Assembly: GCA_963718585.1 (NCBI GenBank)
Contig: OY970357.1
Coordinates: forward strand, 300,001-332,000
Reading direction: 5' to 3'
Source of the DNA: Candidatus Saccharimonadota bacterium
Lineage (GTDB): Bacteria; Patescibacteriota; Patescibacteriia; 2-12-FULL-60-25
Length of the DNA: 32,000 nucleotides
The translations under genes and the position numbers were made by a program. Under the pieces are notes generated by a model. The model was not told the origin of the DNA and did not search any database. It saw only the letters and a list, made by a program, of their open reading frames with translations. Shown in pieces: positions 18,670-27,160 of this stretch. How positions within the stretch are numbered: position 1 is the stretch's first letter; each line of letters opens with the position of its first letter.

Positions 18670-19844
18670 GCGGAAGGCTTCCGTGATCGGAGCAATAAGG
18701 CGCAGAGCAAGAGGGACCCGGTCGCGGAACCGGCCGCGGCGATCCGGAAGGCGATCTCCGGTGTCTCGCGATCCCAGACCAATCCAAGGAAATATCCGCC
18801 GGCGATGAGTGCGACGCCGGTCATTGTGTAGAAGATGCCATACGCGCGTCCGCGTGATGCCGCGGGGACTTCGTCGGCGATGAATGCGCGGCCGGATCCT
18901 TCGGTCAGCGCGAAGAAGAGTCCGTAGGCCGCGAAGAGCGCGAGCGCAGCAGGGATAGAGGGATCGGTCGAAAAACCGAACTCCGTCAGCGCCAGGACCA
19001 TCCATCCGGACAGGATCAGTGGGAGTTTGCCGATCCGGTCGCTCCAGATCCCGATCGGGTAAGAGAGGATCGCGTAGATGAGGGTAAATCCGCCAAACAG
19101 GAGGGGGATCCATGTGTTCGGGATCCCCGTATCCTGTGCGCGGACCAAGAAAAGGGAATCGTTGATCTTGGTCAGCATCGCGATCGACGTGGCGGCGGTG
19201 AAGATCCAATAGCGCGTTCCGAGGATGGCACGGGGTGTCGTGTCAGGCTGCGTTTTCCGTGCACGTTCTCGGACGCCGATCCAGATCAAAAGGAGCGCGC
19301 AGGCGCCGGGAATCGCGCTTAAGAGAAAAATGAATCGATAGGTGGTCAGTGAAGCACCGAGGGCGATCAAGATCCCGAACGCGACAAGTGGACCTAAGAC
19401 CGATCCTGTCGTATCGATCATCCGTTGGAATCCGAACGACCGCCCGCGCGTCCCGGCCGCGGACGCCTCTGCGATGAGCGCGTCGCGCGGAGCGTCCTTC
19501 ATCCCTTTGCCCGCACCATCTCCGATCCGGATCGCCGCGATGGATGCGATACCGCCGGCGAGCGCCAGGATCGGTCGCGCGATGGAAGAAAGGGCATAGC
19601 CGGCGAAGACGAGCGGTTTTCGTCGTGCGGTCTTGTCTGAAAGCCATCCCGAGATGAATCGGAAGAGATTCGTCGTCCCTTGGAGGAGTCCGTCGATGAG
19701 ACCGATCTCCCAGCGGCTCATGCCGAGGAGCAGGAGAAAGCCCGGAAGGGCAGGGGAGATGAGGTCCTGTCCAAACCCCGATGCAAGCGCGACGAAAGAA
19801 AGGATCAAGACATTGCGCGGGATCCGTGGCCGACGTTTTGACAT
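18657..19844 (-). CDS. MFS transporter
   Basis: 395 aa with about 12 hydrophobic segments. MFS-like loop motif GWLSDKTARRKPL between TM2 and TM3, repeated as GIWSDRIGKLP in the second half. The 3' end overlaps the convergent gene by 13 nt. Confidence 0.85.
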   Translation of the reverse strand: MSKRRPRIPRNVLILSFVALASGFGQDLISPALPGFLLLLGMSRWEIGLIDGLLQGTTNLFRFISGWLSDKTARRKPLVFAGYALSSIARPILALAGGIASIAAIRIGDGAGKGMKDAPRDALIAEASAAGTRGRSFGFQRMIDTTGSVLGPLVAFGILIALGASLTTYRFIFLLSAIPGACALLLIWIGVRERARKTQPDTTPRAILGTRYWIFTAATSIAMLTKINDSLFLVRAQDTGIPNTWIPLLFGGFTLIYAILSYPIGIWSDRIGKLPLILSGWMVLALTEFGFSTDPSIPAALALFAAYGLFFALTEGSGRAFIADEVPAASRGRAYGIFYTMTGVALIAGGYFLGLVWDRETPEIAFRIAAAGSATGSLLLCALLLRSRKPSAHRA

Positions 19845-19851
19845 GCGGAAA

Positions 19852-19860
19852 AGTATAGCA
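19852..19860 (-). promoter_or_regulatory. extended -10 promoter element TGCTATACT (minus strand) for the MFS gene
   Basis: The reverse complement of 19852-19860 is TGCTATACT. The ATG (19844) follows the hexamer by 7 nt. Confidence 0.55.
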
Positions 19861-19923
19861 TTTCCGTTGATAATTCTGTTCGTTCAAAGATTGATTCTTG
19901 GTAGCAGACGTATAGTGGAAGGA

Positions 19924-19952
19924 TTGACAAAATGCCCATTTTATGCTATCTT
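19924..19952 (+). promoter_or_regulatory. sigma-70-type promoter TTGACA-N17-TATCTT with TG extension
   Basis: TTGACA at 19924-19929, a 17-nt spacer ending in TGC, and TATCTT at 19947-19952. It lies about 90 nt upstream of the lipoprotein gene, which has a GGAG Shine-Dalgarno at 20034-20037. Confidence 0.55.
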
Positions 19953-20045
19953 TCTTTGTTATTGACGCAGACCCGTGTCGATAGCGCCATTCACCATTTT
20001 CCCCATGGCAGGTATGCTTGGGGCTAGCACCTTGGAGAAGATAAC

Positions 20046-20741
20046 GTGAAAAAGATCGTTTTTGCGCCTCTGTTCGCCCTTCTGGCCGTTGCATGCGGCG
20101 GCCCCGTCAATGGTGCCGTCCCGAGCGTCTCTGATGCGACTCCGGTTCCGACATCATCCGGCACGCCGAACGTTCGTCCGCCGCATCTGCCAGATGCGCC
20201 GCTTCCGCGTTGTGGTCGCAAGGGGGAAGCTCTCTGCGTCGACAACCTGGGATCGGATGCGGGCGATGTCCGTGCCGGCACCGTCGGCGTGGAGCTTCTA
20301 CGCTTCACGATCACGGCGGGACGCCACGACGTTACGGTGCAGATCCCGGATTTCCGGATCGCCTCGTCTGATGGGGGCGTCATGCTCGACGCCGCCGGTG
20401 TGACAGCATTCCAACACTTCCGTCTCGTGGAGACGAAGAGCGGTACGCTGATCACGGACGCGCTTGCCGACACACTCAACTTGTTCGGCAGCCCCGGTTA
20501 TGTTGTGTCTTTCGACAACGATATGATCTGTTTGCCGGCTCGCGGCAGCAGAACCATTTCGCTCGTCGCAGATGCTGCGGACGCGGAAGAACCGGCCGGG
20601 AGCTTCTTCGGCCATACGTATGCGGCCTCGATGGATGCGTTTGCTTCGGCGGATGTGCTCATCGATGGTCAGCCTGTGGATCTGGGACGGATCGATCCGG
20701 TTCAGCCACAGCTCGGCGCGGATCTCGTCCTGGTCCGCTGA
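20046..20741 (+). CDS. hypothetical lipoprotein
   Basis: GTG start 8 nt after GGAG. The signal ends in a lipobox-like LLAVAC-GG and is followed by a Pro/Ser/Thr linker. The remainder is beta-rich; no family recognised. Confidence 0.6.
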   Translation: MKKIVFAPLFALLAVACGGPVNGAVPSVSDATPVPTSSGTPNVRPPHLPDAPLPRCGRKGEALCVDNLGSDAGDVRAGTVGVELLRFTITAGRHDVTVQIPDFRIASSDGGVMLDAAGVTAFQHFRLVETKSGTLITDALADTLNLFGSPGYVVSFDNDMICLPARGSRTISLVADAADAEEPAGSFFGHTYAASMDAFASADVLIDGQPVDLGRIDPVQPQLGADLVLVR

Positions 20742-20773
20742 ACACGCCCGTTCGTCTCTCGCACGGGCCTCAC

Positions 20774-20805
20774 CCCCGCCTCTCAGTTCAGAGGCGGGGT
20801 TTTTT
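20774..20805 (+). terminator. rho-independent terminator
   Basis: 10-bp stem CCCCGCCTCT / AGAGGCGGGG with loop CAGTTC, followed by TTTTTT (20800-20805). Confidence 0.9.
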
Positions 20806-20808
20806 ATG

Positions 20809-20835
20809 TGAACCAATCTGCACTCCTGTCCCGTA
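20809..20835 (+). promoter_or_regulatory. ECF-sigma-type promoter candidate TGAACC-N17-CGTA
   Basis: TGAACC at 20809-14 and CGTA at 20832-35. This resembles the TGAAAC-N16-CGTA class of ECF promoters. It sits directly after the terminator and ~24 nt upstream of the small ORF start. Confidence 0.35.
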
Positions 20836-20858
20836 TCCTAAGATAGAAAGGTCGTAAG

Positions 20859-21047
20859 ATGCACACTCCACCAAACAAGGGACGCTCCATTCGCAATGGA
20901 GATTTCCACGCCGACCGGCTTTTCGCGCGCCTGCAGAAGCTGGTCGTCCGCGGCGACCTTTCATCCTGTCAGCGGGATATCCTCCTAGCTCGAACGGAGA
21001 CGTGCCCGGCGTTCGCGCCGGCTCTATCTGCGAGGTATGCGTCCTAA
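20859..21047 (+). CDS. hypothetical small protein (62 aa), orphan transcription unit
   Basis: GAAAGG lies 7 nt upstream of the ATG. Third-position GC is similar to neighbouring genes. A terminator starts 18 nt after the stop. No family recognised; the locus could instead be a structured RNA. Confidence 0.3.
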   Translation: MHTPPNKGRSIRNGDFHADRLFARLQKLVVRGDLSSCQRDILLARTETCPAFAPALSARYAS

Positions 21048-21064
21048 AAAGCATGGGCCAATGA

Positions 21065-21085
21065 CCATCCGAACGGATGGTTTTT
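21065..21085 (+). terminator. rho-independent terminator
   Basis: Stem CCATCC / GGATGG with GAAC tetraloop, followed by TTTTT (21081-21085). Confidence 0.6.
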
Positions 21086-21160
21086 GGCATGTATCCGCAT
21101 TTTTTGAGTTCTGTCCCACGAGTGCTTTTTCCCTCGGAGGTGTGTATGCTGTGAAACCGC

Positions 21161-21769
21161 ATGGAACAAAGGACTGACGCGGAGCTGGTCCGTGATGCGA
21201 TCCAGGGCCATTCCGAAGCGTTCGACGAACTCGTACGTCGGCATTTGTCGTCGGTCTTTCGATATATCCGCCGAATGGTCTCCATGCAGGAAACGGCGGA
21301 GGATCTTGCACAGGATTCCTTTTTAAAAGCTTGGAAGCATCTGCGTCGTTTTGATCCGGAGCGGTCATTCCGTACATGGGTCCTTTCTATCGCACGGAAT
21401 ACGACGATCGACCATCTGCGAAAAGCGCGCCCAAAGACGTTCACGGAGCTTGAACGGGGAGAGGAGCCGGAAGCGATCGCCGAGTCTGTGCCCGATGAGA
21501 GTCCATTGGTCGTCGAGGTGCTTGAACGCGAGGAACAGAATACGCGCGTCCGGGAGGTCCTTGAAGGGCTCTCCCCGAAAGTGCGCTCCGTGGTCCTGTT
21601 GCACCTGGAGGAAGGGTTGACGTTCCGAGAGATCGCGGAGGGGAGCGGAGAGTCGATCAATACCATCAAGACCCGGTATCGGCGGGCGCTTCAGGCGCTG
21701 GAGCCGCTTTTGATATCTGAAGAAAATAGCTCAATAAAGCAAAATACTGAAAAGATTGAACCTAAGTGA
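21161..21769 (+). CDS. RNA polymerase sigma-70 factor, ECF subfamily
   Basis: Region 2 (DLAQDSFLKAWKHLRRFDPERSFRTWVLSIARNTTIDHLRK) and region 4 (LSPKVRSVVLLHLEEGLTFREIAEGSGESINTIKTRYRRALQAL). An in-frame stop at 21152-54 fixes ATG 21161 as the start. TATGCT lies 10 nt upstream. Confidence 0.85.
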   Translation: MEQRTDAELVRDAIQGHSEAFDELVRRHLSSVFRYIRRMVSMQETAEDLAQDSFLKAWKHLRRFDPERSFRTWVLSIARNTTIDHLRKARPKTFTELERGEEPEAIAESVPDESPLVVEVLEREEQNTRVREVLEGLSPKVRSVVLLHLEEGLTFREIAEGSGESINTIKTRYRRALQALEPLLISEENSSIKQNTEKIEPK

Positions 21770-21786
21770 CCTTTAAATGCGTAAAT

Positions 21787-22233
21787 ATGCATGAATCCAT
21801 GAAGACGAATGTCACCCACCGGCTCCTCCCGTTGCCGGCCATCCAAACGCCACCCGCGTTGTTCGAGCGGATCCTGGCAGCGATCCGTCGGATCGAGTTG
21901 CAGCGCTTCCGCGTCCGCCTTGTATTGTGCGTTGCGGGGTTCTTCGGAAGCATCGGTTTTGTGGTATTTCGGACCAGCACCGTCTGGAACGAGCTCCAGT
22001 CGACGTCCTTTTTCGCCATGCTGCATCTCATGATCACGGATCCAGATGTTTTTCTCCATAATCTGAGCGATACATTGTATGGCTTGCTCGAAGCGCTCCC
22101 GGTCCAGTCGATCCTCGCTTTCCTTTTTGTGACATTCTTTGTCGTCGCGGCCATCGCGGTGTGGCAATCGTTTCGCCGTCTGCATCAGGACGGGAATCAT
22201 GGGGCTGCGCACATCACCCCTCTCCATCTTTGA
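21787..22233 (+). CDS. putative anti-sigma factor / two-TM membrane protein
   Basis: It lies immediately after the ECF sigma gene. A short cytoplasmic N-terminus (PPALFERILAAIRRIELQRFR) is followed by a TM segment (LVLCVAGFFGSIGFVVF) and a second TM segment near the C-terminus. There is no zf-HC2 motif, so the assignment rests on context only. GTG 21766 (GTGA overlap) is an alternative start. Confidence 0.45.
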   Translation: MHESMKTNVTHRLLPLPAIQTPPALFERILAAIRRIELQRFRVRLVLCVAGFFGSIGFVVFRTSTVWNELQSTSFFAMLHLMITDPDVFLHNLSDTLYGLLEALPVQSILAFLFVTFFVVAAIAVWQSFRRLHQDGNHGAAHITPLHL

Positions 22234-22236
22234 TCT

Positions 22237-22665
22237 ATGAATGCTTCGAAGATCCTGACGCTGTCGCTTATCGCCCTTGCGTCGTTGATCCTCTTATTTG
22301 GGTCGTTCCAGCTTGGGATGACCATCGGCGAACGGAAGGAGGCGCATGCCTCTGATTGGTGTAACCGATACGGACGGATGTTCACATTCGTCTCTAAAGG
22401 ACCAGAACAGGCGCCACCGCCACGACCGTTCCCCAACGGTGCGTTCGGAAGGGTCTTATCCGCATCCGGAACGGGGTTCGTCATTCAAGGGAAAGACGGC
22501 ATGGAACAGAATATCGTGGTCACGACCTCGACGGTCATCCGGATCGGCACTCAGACAGGGGGAAGTGATGATGTGAAACCGGATATGGACGTATCGGTCT
22601 TCGGCGTGCCCAATCCGCTCGGTCAGATCGAAGCGCACTTGATCCGCATCTTCGATGCGCAGTGA
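22237..22665 (+). CDS. membrane-anchored small beta-domain protein (paralogue of 26616-27146; DUF5666-like by recollection)
   Basis: N-terminal TM (ILTLSLIALASLILLFGSF), a PPPRPFPNGAFG segment, then GFVIQGKDGMEQNIVVTTSTVIRIG...DMDVSVFGVPNPLGQIEAHLIRI. Confidence 0.55.
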   Translation: MNASKILTLSLIALASLILLFGSFQLGMTIGERKEAHASDWCNRYGRMFTFVSKGPEQAPPPRPFPNGAFGRVLSASGTGFVIQGKDGMEQNIVVTTSTVIRIGTQTGGSDDVKPDMDVSVFGVPNPLGQIEAHLIRIFDAQ

Positions 22666-22694
22666 TCGATCTTCCAAAGATCCCCACAATACCT

Positions 22695-24692
22695 ATGTTC
22701 AAATGGCTTCGTACGTGGCTACGCAAGAAACACGTCATCTTGTTCTGCGCTATCGTCGTGATCGCTTCGGGTATTTACGGATATAAGACATTCGGAAAGC
22801 AACAGGCTGACGTCAAATATCAGATCCAACCCGCCCAAAAGGGCATGTTCATCGCGTCGTTGAGCGGGACCGGTCAGGTCGCAAGTGAGGATCAGGTCGA
22901 CGTCAAACCGAAGGTGTCCGGAAACATCGTTTCGATCAAGGTGAAGAATGGGCAGGAGGTCAAGAAGGGGGATGTGATCGCCCAGCTCGATGCGACGGAT
23001 GGCCAAAAAGCGGTCCGGGATGCGGTGCAGTCGGTCAAGGATGCGAAGGTCAATCTCGATTCCGCAAAGCTTGCGCTCACAAAGCTTCAGGCGCCGCCAT
23101 CCGCTGCGCAGGAATTGAGTGCACAGAGCAGCGTCAATGCCGCACAGCGTGTGTTGGATACGTTGAACGAACCCCCGGATCCATTTGCCGTTCAGCAGGC
23201 GGAGAACAGGGTCGCGCAGGCGGAGCAGAATGCGAAGATGTCTGCCGACGGTGTGACGCCGCAGGTCGTCCGCGATGCGTATGACAGTGCCGTGAATACG
23301 CTCATCACCACCGCGCAGACAGCGTTTGATTCGCTCAAAGATGCGGACGATGTCCTTGGTGTCGATAATTCGATCTCGAACCTCTCCTATGTGAATCTCT
23401 TGTCGGTCTTGGATAAGAGTCAAAAAGACCAGGCGGACGCACAATATCTGATCGCAAAACCCGCGGTCACGGATGCGAAATCCATGGTGGATGCTCTGTC
23501 ATTGACCGGGGAGGATCCGCAGAATATCGATGCGGCCCTCGGAAAGCTGCAGGATGCGCTCATCAAAGAATCGCGACTACTTTCGAGCGTCACGGACGCG
23601 CTCAATGCGACGTTGACGTCTTCGTCATTCAGTCAGTCGAGCCTTGATTCGCTCAAGAGCACCATCCAGTCGGATCGGAACAGTGTGTTGAGCAAACAGT
23701 CCGCCCTCAATTCGCTCGATCAGTCGATCGAGAGTGCGAAGACCTCGTATGTGAATTCCGGCATGTCCGTCCAAGAGGCGCAGAATGCGTTGACCAAGCT
23801 CGAACAGCCGGCGGATCCGAAAGATATCGCCGCCGCGCAGGAAAAGCTCGATCAGGCGAAGCAGGCGCTTGCAGATCTTCATACCGGGCCGACGGACGTC
23901 GATGTGGAAGTCCAACAGAATTCCGTCACATCGCGGCAGCTTGCGTTGACCTCTGCGTATAACAATCTGACGGATGCGCGAAATACATTGTCGGATTACA
24001 CGATCGTTGCCCCATTCGATGGCGTCATCGCCTCTGTCTCTCCCAAGGTCGGGGATAGTGCGTCACCATCCACTGCGGTCGCGACCATTCTGACGACGAA
24101 TCAGGTCGCGGACCTTTCTCTGAACGAGGTGGATGCTGCCAAGGTCAAGGTCGGTCAGAAAGCGACGCTCACCTTTGATGCGATCGACGGATTGACCATC
24201 GCAGGCGAAGTCGCCGAAGTCAGCACGCTCGGGACCGTGTCCCAGGGGGTGGTCAACTATGACGTGAAGATCGCCTTCGGGACGCAGGATGATCGCGTGC
24301 GCCCGGACATGACCGTGAATGCCGCGATCGTGACGGAGACGCAGCCAGATGCGATCATGGTCCCAAATGCGGCAGTGAAGTCATCCGGGGCGCAGTCGTA
24401 CGTCGAGATGCTCGATCCGAACACGACCGCTACCACGACGGATGGTTATTTGACGGGAACACCGATCCGCAAGACCGTGCAGGTCGGTTCCGCGAATGAT
24501 ACGGATACGGTGATCACCGGCGGATTGAATGAAGGTGACGATGTCATCGTCCAAACGATCCAGCCGAGTGCGACGACCGCGGCCGCGCCGGCTGCAGGCG
24601 GTTCGAGCGCCCTCCGTATCCCAGGTGTGACTGGCGGAGGTGGAGGCGCTCGGGCCTTCACGGGCGGAGGCGGAGGAAGGTTTGGCGGCTGA
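22695..24692 (+). CDS. HlyD/MacA-type membrane-fusion (periplasmic adaptor) protein with ~335-aa helical insert and Gly-rich C-terminal tail
   Basis: N-terminal TM. Lipoyl half-motifs VKPKVSGNIVSIKVKNGQEVKKGDVIAQLD and YTIVAPFDGVIASVSPKVGD. Beta-barrel part ATLTFDAIDGLTIAGEVAEVS...YDVKIAF. The tail ends GVTGGGGGARAFTGGGGGRFGG. GTG 22662 is an alternative start. Confidence 0.8.
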   Translation: MFKWLRTWLRKKHVILFCAIVVIASGIYGYKTFGKQQADVKYQIQPAQKGMFIASLSGTGQVASEDQVDVKPKVSGNIVSIKVKNGQEVKKGDVIAQLDATDGQKAVRDAVQSVKDAKVNLDSAKLALTKLQAPPSAAQELSAQSSVNAAQRVLDTLNEPPDPFAVQQAENRVAQAEQNAKMSADGVTPQVVRDAYDSAVNTLITTAQTAFDSLKDADDVLGVDNSISNLSYVNLLSVLDKSQKDQADAQYLIAKPAVTDAKSMVDALSLTGEDPQNIDAALGKLQDALIKESRLLSSVTDALNATLTSSSFSQSSLDSLKSTIQSDRNSVLSKQSALNSLDQSIESAKTSYVNSGMSVQEAQNALTKLEQPADPKDIAAAQEKLDQAKQALADLHTGPTDVDVEVQQNSVTSRQLALTSAYNNLTDARNTLSDYTIVAPFDGVIASVSPKVGDSASPSTAVATILTTNQVADLSLNEVDAAKVKVGQKATLTFDAIDGLTIAGEVAEVSTLGTVSQGVVNYDVKIAFGTQDDRVRPDMTVNAAIVTETQPDAIMVPNAAVKSSGAQSYVEMLDPNTTATTTDGYLTGTPIRKTVQVGSANDTDTVITGGLNEGDDVIVQTIQPSATTAAAPAAGGSSALRIPGVTGGGGGARAFTGGGGGRFGG

Positions 24693-24695
24693 TCT

Positions 24696-25403
24696 ATGAT
24701 CACGCTCAAAGACATCGTCAAAGATTATGCGAACGGCAAAGAGGTCACGCATGTGTTGCGCGGCGTCTCCTTTAGCGTCGAACCCGGTGAGTTCATCGCG
24801 ATCATGGGGCCGTCCGGCTCCGGAAAATCGACCCTGATGCACATCATCGGTGCACTGGATACGCCATCGCAGGGGACATATGAACTGGACGGGAAGGACG
24901 TGTCCTCCCTCCAGTCCGATGAGCTTGCACGGATCCGAAAGGCGAAGATCGGTTTTGTCTTTCAGTCGTTTCACCTCTTGTCTCGTGCGACCGTTCTGCG
25001 GAATGTGGAATTGCCGCTTATCTATGCAGATATCCCGCGAGAAGCGCGCGAAGAACAGGCGCGAAAGGCGTTGTTGTCCGCCGGTCTCGATGAATCCCGC
25101 CATCGGCATCTTTCCAACCAGCTGTCCGGCGGACAGATGCAGCGCGTCGCGATCGCGCGGGCGCTTGTGAACGATCCGGCGATCATCCTCGCGGATGAGC
25201 CGACGGGGAACCTGGACTCAAAGACCGGCGATCTCGTACTCGGGACGTTTCAGCGTTTGCACGCCGAAGGCCGGACCATCGTGTTGATCACACATGAGCC
25301 GTATGTGGCGGAACACGCGGAACGCATCATCGTGGTGCGCGACGGGGAGATCGTGGAAGACGGGAAGAATCCGCATCAGCGGCTGCAAAAAGAGCTCGTA
25401 TGA
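24696..25403 (+). CDS. MacB/LolD/FtsE-type ABC transporter ATP-binding protein
   Basis: [50 protein letters not shown]. Confidence 0.9.
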   Translation: MITLKDIVKDYANGKEVTHVLRGVSFSVEPGEFIAIMGPSGSGKSTLMHIIGALDTPSQGTYELDGKDVSSLQSDELARIRKAKIGFVFQSFHLLSRATVLRNVELPLIYADIPREAREEQARKALLSAGLDESRHRHLSNQLSGGQMQRVAIARALVNDPAIILADEPTGNLDSKTGDLVLGTFQRLHAEGRTIVLITHEPYVAEHAERIIVVRDGEIVEDGKNPHQRLQKELV

Positions 25404-26623
25404 AGACCAAAGATCTTTTGGAGGAGATCTATCTCGGCGTATCGGCGAACAAGGTGCGATCCGGGTTGACCATGCTCGGCATCGTCATTGGGATCGGGTC
25501 GGTCATCGCGATGATGGCGATCGGCCAAGGGGCGCAAGATGGCATTCAGGCGAGCATCCAATCCGCAGGCGCTAATCTTGTGATCGTGATGCCAGGCGTC
25601 GCCCGAGGCGTAGGATCATCGGTGAGCGCGGGCCGCGGTTCTGCGCAGACGTTGACCCAGGACGACGCGGACGCGATCGCCGCGCAGGTGCCGTCGGCCA
25701 AAGCCGTCGCTCCGGAGCTGTCGCGCCGCTATCAGGTGACGACCAAGGGACATAATACGAACACGAACATCACCGGGACGACCGCTTCCTACCCGGAAGT
25801 GCGGAACGTGCAGATCGATCAAGGATCGTTCATCAGCGACCAGGATGTAAAGTCATACAGTAAGGTCGCGGTCCTCGGACCGACCACACGGGACGACCTC
25901 TTTGGCCAGGGAGCGAGTGCCATCGGGCAGACGGTCCGTATCAACAATGTCCAGTTCAAGGTCATTGGGGTTACAGTCGCTAAAGGCGGGTCCGGGTTCC
26001 AGAACCCGGATGATGCGATCTACGTTCCGATCTCTACGGATCAGCGGTTTTTGGCGGGAAGCGCATACGTATCCAATGTGAGCGTGGAAGCGGCGGATTT
26101 CAAATCCATGACCACGGTACAAAATGAGATCACGGCACTCCTGTTGCAACGTCACAACATCTCAGACCCATCGCTCGCTGACTTCAATGTCCTGAACCAG
26201 GCAGATATCGTGGCGACGGCATCCAGCGTGACGAATACATTCACACTTCTGCTCGCGTCCATCGCAGGGATCTCGCTGCTCGTCGGCGGGATCGGGATCA
26301 TGAATATGATGCTGACCACCGTGACGGAACGGACACGCGAGATCGGTTTGCGGCAGGCGATCGGCGCGGAAAAGAAGGAGATCGTCGCCCAGTTCCTCGG
26401 CGAAGCGATCCTGCAGACGGTGCTCGGAGGCGTGATCGGGATCGGCTTGGGATATCTCGCATCTCTCCTGATCACTAGGTTGAGCGGGACAGCGACGTCG
26501 GTGTCCCTTTCATCCGTCGTATTGGCATTCACCGTCTCCGGGGCGATCGGTCTTGTCTTCGGATTCTATCCGGCACGGAGCGCGGCGGAGCTGAATCCGA
26601 TCGAAGCATTACGTTATGAATAA
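25400..26623 (+). CDS. MacB-type ABC transporter permease (MacB periplasmic core domain + FtsX domain)
   Basis: ATGA overlap with the ATPase gene. N-terminal TM, a ~230-aa extracytoplasmic domain, then three C-terminal TM segments with GGIGIMNMMLTTVTERTREIGLRQAIGA and FGFYPARSAAELNPIEALRYE. Confidence 0.85.
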   Translation: MKTKDLLEEIYLGVSANKVRSGLTMLGIVIGIGSVIAMMAIGQGAQDGIQASIQSAGANLVIVMPGVARGVGSSVSAGRGSAQTLTQDDADAIAAQVPSAKAVAPELSRRYQVTTKGHNTNTNITGTTASYPEVRNVQIDQGSFISDQDVKSYSKVAVLGPTTRDDLFGQGASAIGQTVRINNVQFKVIGVTVAKGGSGFQNPDDAIYVPISTDQRFLAGSAYVSNVSVEAADFKSMTTVQNEITALLLQRHNISDPSLADFNVLNQADIVATASSVTNTFTLLLASIAGISLLVGGIGIMNMMLTTVTERTREIGLRQAIGAEKKEIVAQFLGEAILQTVLGGVIGIGLGYLASLLITRLSGTATSVSLSSVVLAFTVSGAIGLVFGFYPARSAAELNPIEALRYE

Positions 26624-27146
26624 TTCTCTTGAAATCTCTATGGATCAACCATCCAAAAAATCCTCACTGTCAGCTTCATTCATCGGTTCGCTCATCGCGG
26701 TCGCGGTCGTGGCCGGAGGCCTCGGTTTCTATGGCGGCACGATGTACCAAAAGAGCCAGACGCCGGCATTCCCAGGTCGCGGGAATTTTGCGGCCGGCGC
26801 CGGACAGAATGGCGGCCGTTTCGCTGCGCGCACGGGAGCGGCAGGAGCCCGGGCAAACGGAGGATTCCTGAGTGGTGCAGTACAGTCAAAGGACGATAAG
26901 AGCCTCACGGTCCAATCGCTCGATGGCGGATCGAAGATCGTGTTCTACACGACCTCTACACAGGTCGGGGAGATGACGACCGGTACGATCGAAGATATTC
27001 AACAGGGGAGTGATGTCACGGTCATGGGGACGACGAATGCCGATGGGAGTGTTACGGCAGAGAATATCCAGATCCGTCCGAATCTGCCCACGGGTGCCGG
27101 TGGTCCGCCTCCGCAGGGTGGACGACCAGCTCCGCAGGGGAACTGA
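26616..27146 (+). CDS. membrane-anchored small beta-domain protein with Gly/Arg-rich linker (paralogue of 22237-22665)
   Basis: TM (FIGSLIAVAVVAGGLGFYGG), then low complexity GRGNFAAGAGQNGGRFAARTGAAGARANGGF, then SLTVQSLDGGSKIVFYTTSTQVG...GSDVTVMGTTNADGSVTAENIQI. ATG 26640 is an alternative start. Confidence 0.5.
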   Translation: MNNSLEISMDQPSKKSSLSASFIGSLIAVAVVAGGLGFYGGTMYQKSQTPAFPGRGNFAAGAGQNGGRFAARTGAAGARANGGFLSGAVQSKDDKSLTVQSLDGGSKIVFYTTSTQVGEMTTGTIEDIQQGSDVTVMGTTNADGSVTAENIQIRPNLPTGAGGPPPQGGRPAPQGN

Positions 27147-27160
27147 TCCGCATGAAATAA

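Noticed and set aside
20846-20963. 9-bp perfect long-range complement GAAAGGTCG (20846-54) / CGACCTTTC (20955-63).
   Set aside because: - It does not extend beyond 9 bp.
- A single match of this length within ~300 nt of GC-rich sequence is not clearly above chance.
20806-21085. Possible RNase P RNA, tmRNA, SRP RNA or 6S RNA in the ~280-nt terminator-bounded segment.
   Set aside because: - On neither strand could I find the conserved strings I know: GAGGAAAGTCCGGGC for RNase P, GGAAGCAGCC-type helix 8 for SRP, a tRNA-like 3' end with a TTCGA loop plus tag ORF for tmRNA.
- The segment is kept only as an unclassified candidate in the findings.
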